Below, in pieces: positions 55,393-60,836 of a DNA stretch of 60,836 nucleotides. The notes beneath the pieces were generated by a model, which was not told where the DNA came from, did not search any database, and was given only the letters and a program-made list of their open reading frames with translations. Origin of the DNA: a virus (lineage: Duplodnaviria; Caudoviricetes); IMG/VR virus record IMGVR_UViG_3300020005_000005, positions 1 to 60,836 of that record; one strand, written 5' to 3'. Each line of letters opens with the position of its first letter. Position 1 is the first letter of the stretch. Made by a program: the position numbers and the translations under genes.

Positions 55393-56889
55393 ATGCCATA
55401 CCAAAACAACAGACTTCCTAACCAATCTTTCGCGCAGGACTTCGATCTTCCTGATCAGAGATATCTTGCCCAGCCTCAGCAAGGAGCGCCCGTAGGGCCT
55501 GGCGGTTATCAACCGACATTACCCGTACCTGCTCCGCAGAACGGGTTAGCCGACGTAGAGGGAATGACCGATAAATACTACGATACTTGGGGCAAGTTAC
55601 AAAGCCTTACACAGGGTATGTGGAAGGATTACGGTATTGATATTACTCAGCCAGACTTTACTCAACAAGGCGGAGGCACTCCTTTTAAAACCTATCAGAA
55701 GTTGTCCGGTGTCCTTATGAACACGGCAAACAAACTTGGCAACAGGATGAAGGAACAAACACAAGCTGCTCCTTATAAATTCACCGGACAGATTCATGGT
55801 GAAGGAACCGACCAAGATCCGTATGTTTCTAACGATCTTCTGCCTGAGGTTGTAAATATGCAGAAAATTGCCGAAGAGGCGCTGTACACCACAGGTGACG
55901 TCAAAAGAGCCAATGAGCAGATAGATAGATTCTTACCTGAATTAGAAAAGCAGGCGGCAACAGGTGATCCTTACATGGCACATAATTATGAAGTAGCGAA
56001 GGCCACCAAGGCTAAACTTCAAATTCATCCTTCTTTCTTTAAGAACGAGGAGGCAGACAAGAAGGCTGCCCTTAAAAAAGCCGCGGGGGCTTCTAAAGAA
56101 TTAGCCGTACTTAAAGAAATAATTCCTATAGCCAAGGGCCATTGGCGTCCCGGATCCTATAAGACAGGGCCAGATCCGGCGGATCCCGCTAAGATAGTAG
56201 CCATAAATATGGCACATTCCGGAGAGAACCTTGGTCAATATACCCCAGAAGGAAGCACTACACCCAAACCACGTCTGATCGATTATTTTGTAAAAAACAA
56301 CAGAGGAGAGGTCTACATTAGGTTTAAACCTCCGGAGGAAGGTGTAGAACCCCCGCCCGATGAACGCGTGGATAATCAGGGAGGCTTTCAGATTACCTCT
56401 AAGTTCCAGGAGAATAACCCCACCTACGGTAAGACTACCAATACGGCAGCCGCTGTACAGGCTATGGACTTGGCCGATCTTGGTGGGTACGATGTGAACG
56501 ATGAGAAATTATTTGATAAGGACTACCAAGATCTAACTAAATTGGGCGAGGGGGTGAATCAGGATATTTCCGCCGGGCAGGCCGCTACTGATCTTAAAGT
56601 TAAAACTCGAAATCAATTAGAGGGTATACCTCGTGGATCGACAGTTACTGTAGGGGGATTAGATATAACCAACAATTGGCTTAAGGGGTACGGTATAAAG
56701 GATGAGGGTCGTTTTTCTCTGGATGAAATAATGAAAAAGATTGAGGAATCCGGTTACTTTAACGGCACCCCCTCCACTGAGTCACCTTCTCAAGGCCCCC
56801 CTACCATAACCACCAAAGCTGCCTATGACGCCCTTCCAAGTGGTACAGCCTACATTGACTCAAAGGGAGTTAAAGCAACCAAAAAATAA
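55393..56889 (+). CDS. Internal virion/ejection protein
   Basis: 498 aa; C-terminal YDALPSGTAYIDSKG. Confidence 0.6.
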   Translation: MPYQNNRLPNQSFAQDFDLPDQRYLAQPQQGAPVGPGGYQPTLPVPAPQNGLADVEGMTDKYYDTWGKLQSLTQGMWKDYGIDITQPDFTQQGGGTPFKTYQKLSGVLMNTANKLGNRMKEQTQAAPYKFTGQIHGEGTDQDPYVSNDLLPEVVNMQKIAEEALYTTGDVKRANEQIDRFLPELEKQAATGDPYMAHNYEVAKATKAKLQIHPSFFKNEEADKKAALKKAAGASKELAVLKEIIPIAKGHWRPGSYKTGPDPADPAKIVAINMAHSGENLGQYTPEGSTTPKPRLIDYFVKNNRGEVYIRFKPPEEGVEPPPDERVDNQGGFQITSKFQENNPTYGKTTNTAAAVQAMDLADLGGYDVNDEKLFDKDYQDLTKLGEGVNQDISAGQAATDLKVKTRNQLEGIPRGSTVTVGGLDITNNWLKGYGIKDEGRFSLDEIMKKIEESGYFNGTPSTESPSQGPPTITTKAAYDALPSGTAYIDSKGVKATKK

Positions 56890-59800
56890 TGGCATTTTTA
56901 GCACCGCAGGAGGAAATCGATAGCACTCCCCAAGAGGCCCCCTTTGTAGCACCCCCACAAGATGTTGGTGAGGGTTTTACGGCCCCTGTGGAGGAGCATG
57001 CTCCTGAAAATGAGCAGAGTCCGGGTGTGCTGGATTATATCAAATCCCTACCTGCTCTTGCTTTAAGAGGAGTGACGGAACCCTTTGCGGTAGATATACC
57101 AAAGGCCGCAGGGAGACTTTCTGAATTTGTAGGAAGACAACTGCCCGAGGGGTTTCAGCATAAATCTGCCTTTACAACCCTTGGAGAAGAAAATCAAAAA
57201 ACAATTGAGGGTTTATTCCCTGTCGATCAAGGAGTAGGGGAATCAGTTCCCGGGCAACTAGCTAAGGGGGCGGGTATGATTGCCGGGTTTGTGGGAACAG
57301 GGGGTCTGGGGGAACTCGGCGCGGCAGGCAAGGGGCTGGCTCTCACGGACACGGCTGTCCCAGGAGCGGCGTCCATAGTAGGTAAATTCTTAGGTAAGCC
57401 GGGATCTATCGCCATGGGGTCCATGGTAGGCGTGCCAGAGTTTGAAAAGGCAAAGGCGGCCGGTAAGAGCGATGACGAGGCTTTTAAGTCTCTCGTTGAG
57501 AATTATTTTGTAGGAACTTTAGGGGCTCTACCAATAGAATCCATGATCCACCGGCTCAATACGGTCACGGGAGGGGGGATCGTTAACTATCTCAAAACAG
57601 TAGGTATAGGGGGACTCCAATCGGGGGCCGCTATGGCTACGCAGACCTATCTGACCAACCAACTGGCCAAGGCTGACTACGATCCAGACCGCGATCCCAT
57701 GTGGGAGGTGGCTCATTCTGCCCTTATAGGGGGCGCACTAGGGATGCTCCTGCCAGGCATCGGGGGTGCTTTGAGAAAGGCTACTCCGGAGAACAGGGTC
57801 AAGATAGAGAAGAAAGTGGCCGAACTACAGGCTAAGGAGCAGGCTCTAAAGATGGCTGACCAAGGCATCAAACAGGCCGCCTCGGGGGATCAAGTTCTTG
57901 ATTCGCAAATTGCGGATATGGCTAAATTAAGTCCGGAGGAGCAGGCTGTCATCGATACAAAGAGAACGGCCGCCAGCCAGGCGGAAGAGGCTGTAAGACT
58001 TTCTGAAGAACGTCAAAAGCGCATCGATCAGATAGAGAAGGATCTGGAAAAGCACGAGGTGGCCAAGAAGAAAAGTGAAGAGGGAAAGGGCACTTTATTG
58101 CCTGAACAGAAAAAGGACCTTGATTTAGAACTCAAGGAATTACTTAAAGAAAAGGAGATTGGGGAAAAGAGCAATATACTGCCTAAAGGCGCAGAGTCAA
58201 AAATAGGGGAACAAAAAGAAGCAGAAAAAGCTAAATTTGACGCAGCAGAAAAAGCTAAAAATGATGCGATTGACAAGATCACTGCTCTCCAGCAAAAAAT
58301 GGCAGCGACGACTCCCGAGGCAGACATCGAAGGACTCTACAAAGAGTTGCTTGAGGCCAAAGCAGCGCTGCGCAAAATTGCACCCGAACTTAGACCAACA
58401 GGCAACAAAGCAGTAGAGGAGGCCACGGGTGGCGCCAAGGAAGGCAAGACGGTCAAGATGACGCCAGCGGAGGCCATCAAACACCAAGTCCAGACCTTTT
58501 ATAGAGGAATGACCAAAGGAGTCCGTAAAGGGGCTCAACTCAAGAATGACTTGGTTGACAAGGTAAGGGCGGCCTTAAAGGGCAGTCCTATGACCAATGG
58601 CCAAGTGGGTACCATCCTCACTAAGTTAAAAAGAACCAATCTCTTCACAGCAGGCTCTGTCTCAAAGTTAGGGCAATTTATCGATAAAGTTGCTACGGAT
58701 GCCGAGTATGCCGAGAAGTTGGATACCGCCCAAAAGATTCAAAAGAGAATCAAGAGTAAGAAGAACACAGGTACGCCGAGGGAGAAGGACGCCCTGACCG
58801 AGTTTTCCAAGATAGACCCCAGTGAGGTGGACATAGACAAGTACCTCGCCGCGGCTAACGAGATTACACCCTCCTTCCGCCCGGTCACCAATCGGTCCGT
58901 CATACCGCTAGATAGAACTTGGGAGTACATCAACAGCACCCACCCGGAGAGGGAAGCCGCTGAGGGGGCAAGACAGGAAGCAAGAATGGAACGGGCGAGA
59001 GAGATGGCCGATGAACTGGGCCTTAATTTTGAAGACGCACAGGCTTTGCTCTTCGGCGAGGAGACTAATATTGAGAAATCAATTACTGACGTTAATAAAA
59101 AGGAAAAGATCAGGGAGAAATTGGTCGAGATGGCCGACGGAGCCAAGGAAGGACTTCACTTTGTTTTTGATGACACCGCGGGGCTAACCGACACACAAAG
59201 GGGAGATGTTGACTCCTTCAAAACTGCTGATCTGGATCTGTTAACGCCCGATCAACTCAAGGCTTATATCCGAGCAATCGATAGACTAACAACCAACGAA
59301 GACTTTGGGGGAACAGGTAAGTTACATTCGATCATAGATTCCGCGAAAGACTTTGCTGAGTTAAAGGTTAAGTTAAAGGATTCGCATATTCTTACTCTCA
59401 ACGACTGGGAGAAGAATCTCAACAGCATGCCCCTTGTCATGCGGGCCATCACAGGATTGAGTGAGCATGCCGCACAGTTTCAAAATCTAATGGGGATGAT
59501 TCGTCCTAATGAGGCACACGTTAAAGCCACTCAAGCAGACATTAAACTTATCAAGGACATTCACAAGATTGATCCCAAAGGGAAAGGGGCTACGGCTGAA
59601 TCCAAAACTCGGCAGACTATCTTTAGCGAATTGATCAAGTCGCCAGTAACTGAGGATCCCGTCCAATGGATGGAGGGAGTCAAACAGATTATGGAGTACA
59701 ACGTGCGCGAATATGAACGTCAAGGGATGGTAGAGCAGGCCAAATTGATTGACAAGGCGCTGGAGCCCTTTAGAAAAGCAATCACGGTGGAGGAGGTCAT

Positions 59801-60836
59801 GGCCATCATGGAAAAGATGGATCCGATTGGTAAGAAAATCATCGATAAAACCATTGATCATTTTAAACCGGTAGCTGCAAAACTTGGCGATTATGCTGAA
59901 AGATACCACAACGAGGGTTTTGTTGAGCAGAGAAATTATTCCGGCCCCCGTTCCTGGCGTACCAAAGGCAAGAAGGGGGAGGACATAGTCTATCGTGATC
60001 CCTTTGGTGACTTGGGTGCTTATCAAAATTCAATAGCCAAACCAAAATTAAATACCTCAGCATTAGAGGTGTATAATGGGGTGCCCACGGACGGACGCTT
60101 ACTCAATTTTGATAAGCATGCCACTATGACGCGGGGGCTTAAGCGTTCGATTTTTGACATTGAGGGGGTAGATGGGCAGATCAGGGTCCGCGAGAATGCG
60201 GGGAGAGAAAGAGAACTTATTGAATTGCTTGGCGGCAAGGAAGGAACCAAGTCCTATATTGAGGCCCAGCGTCTGTATGATATACTGTTCAAGGGGAAAG
60301 AATCTCTCTACTTTAAACTTGAGCGCCAACTTTCCGGCCAGGTTCCGCATCGTCCCAACAAATTTATAGATAACTATCTGCGGCCCCTTCGTAAAATTGC
60401 ATACAACTTAGGCCTATCCGGCTGGACACAGTACCCCAAACAAATGGCTGTCATTTCAAACGTGATGTCTCAACTAGGTACCGACGTTACCCTCATGCCA
60501 ATCAAGGAACTTCTTGTCAATCCAAAGGGGGCATTTAAGTTCTTCAGCGGTCATACGGTCTCCTTGAGGGGGGCTCAGAGGGCCGACTATGCTTTGGGAG
60601 AAATTACTGAGGACACAGCGACAGAGGTCCATAACTTGGCCGGCAGGGCTTTGGATAATCTAGGAGAAAAGGGTTTCAATAGTATCCTTGGAGTCAGGGC
60701 GCTAATCAAGGGGGACGTGCATGCGGCTAAAATATCGTACGGGTCCTTCTACAAGCAGTATCTCAAGAATCAGGGGATCGAATATGAGGGCTTTGACCGG
60801 GAGGCCGATTTACAGGACACCCCCGCCCGCCGGGCT
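56889..60836 (+). CDS. Giant internal virion protein, truncated by the window end (at least 1316 aa; absent from the ORF track)
   Basis: TAATG-coupled ATG 56889 (MAFLAPQEEIDST...); frame open wherever checked through to the last base; Gly-rich hydrophobic segments then a Lys/Glu coiled coil. Confidence 0.8.
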   Translation, partial: MAFLAPQEEIDSTPQEAPFVAPPQDVGEGFTAPVEEHAPENEQSPGVLDYIKSLPALALRGVTEPFAVDIPKAAGRLSEFVGRQLPEGFQHKSAFTTLGEENQKTIEGLFPVDQGVGESVPGQLAKGAGMIAGFVGTGGLGELGAAGKGLALTDTAVPGAASIVGKFLGKPGSIAMGSMVGVPEFEKAKAAGKSDDEAFKSLVENYFVGTLGALPIESMIHRLNTVTGGGIVNYLKTVGIGGLQSGAAMATQTYLTNQLAKADYDPDRDPMWEVAHSALIGGALGMLLPGIGGALRKATPENRVKIEKKVAELQAKEQALKMADQGIKQAASGDQVLDSQIADMAKLSPEEQAVIDTKRTAASQAEEAVRLSEERQKRIDQIEKDLEKHEVAKKKSEEGKGTLLPEQKKDLDLELKELLKEKEIGEKSNILPKGAESKIGEQKEAEKAKFDAAEKAKNDAIDKITALQQKMAATTPEADIEGLYKELLEAKAALRKIAPELRPTGNKAVEEATGGAKEGKTVKMTPAEAIKHQVQTFYRGMTKGVRKGAQLKNDLVDKVRAALKGSPMTNGQVGTILTKLKRTNLFTAGSVSKLGQFIDKVATDAEYAEKLDTAQKIQKRIKSKKNTGTPREKDALTEFSKIDPSEVDIDKYLAAANEITPSFRPVTNRSVIPLDRTWEYINSTHPEREAAEGARQEARMERAREMADELGLNFEDAQALLFGEETNIEKSITDVNKKEKIREKLVEMADGAKEGLHFVFDDTAGLTDTQRGDVDSFKTADLDLLTPDQLKAYIRAIDRLTTNEDFGGTGKLHSIIDSAKDFAELKVKLKDSHILTLNDWEKNLNSMPLVMRAITGLSEHAAQFQNLMGMIRPNEAHVKATQADIKLIKDIHKIDPKGKGATAESKTRQTIFSELIKSPVTEDPVQWMEGVKQIMEYNVREYERQGMVEQAKLIDKALEPFRKAITVEEVMAIMEKMDPIGKKIIDKTIDHFKPVAAKLGDYAERYHNEGFVEQRNYSGPRSWRTKGKKGEDIVYRDPFGDLGAYQNSIAKPKLNTSALEVYNGVPTDGRLLNFDKHATMTRGLKRSIFDIEGVDGQIRVRENAGRERELIELLGGKEGTKSYIEAQRLYDILFKGKESLYFKLERQLSGQVPHRPNKFIDNYLRPLRKIAYNLGLSGWTQYPKQMAVISNVMSQLGTDVTLMPIKELLVNPKGAFKFFSGHTVSLRGAQRADYALGEITEDTATEVHNLAGRALDNLGEKGFNSILGVRALIKGDVHAAKISYGSFYKQYLKNQGIEYEGFDREADLQDTPARRA

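Noticed and set aside
58824-58841. EVDIDK in the giant ORF resembling the crAss RNAP motif DFDIDK
   Set aside because: First Asp and Phe are missing and the context is a charged helical region; probably chance
535-60350. Numerous minus-strand ORFs in the track (e.g. 30259-30939, 29039-29530, 59487-60026)
   Set aside because: All are shadows of longer + strand genes and carry no recognisable motifs
1-60836. Stop-codon reassignment as seen in some crAss-like phages
   Set aside because: Genes are full length in the standard code; TAG ends MCP right before its terminator and TGA occurs in ATGA gene overlaps
1-60836. CRISPR array, diversity-generating retroelement or integrase
   Set aside because: No regularly spaced repeats, reverse transcriptase or recombinase motifs were seen

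Overview
A 60.8-kb slice of a lytic dsDNA podovirus genome with Crassvirales-like architecture; essentially all genes are on the + strand and read in the standard code. A Bacteroidota host is inferred from a BT4734/VirE-N-like primase, AT-rich starts without Shine-Dalgarno motifs and a lipoprotein. Left arm (0.6-24 kb): a PRS-like/macrodomain/NAMPT-like NAD+ module (NARP1-like), a secreted GH73 hydrolase, a primase-helicase, two exonucleases, a metallophosphoesterase, an atypical initiator-type tRNA-Met followed by about 530 nt of densely base-paired non-coding sequence, three glycosyltransferase genes and a C39 peptidase. Right arm (24.8-60.8 kb): terminase, portal, scaffold-like protein, major capsid protein, CHAP lysin, fibres, head-spike base, ring proteins, muzzle, ejection proteins and a giant ORF running off the window. 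Five GIY-YIG/NUMOD homing endonucleases and two internally deleted relics are present. The strongest signals read directly from the DNA are: (1) nine sigma54-type -24/-12 motifs and six ECF-sigma-type CAAC-N16/17-CGTTA motifs with different distributions, suggesting transcription by alternative sigma factors, partly on leaderless mRNAs; (2) a candidate large pseudoknotted ncRNA behind the tRNA; (3) a glycosyltransferase/Thr-rich protein/C39 peptidase cluster. Protein calls rest on motif recognition by eye; no database search was run.
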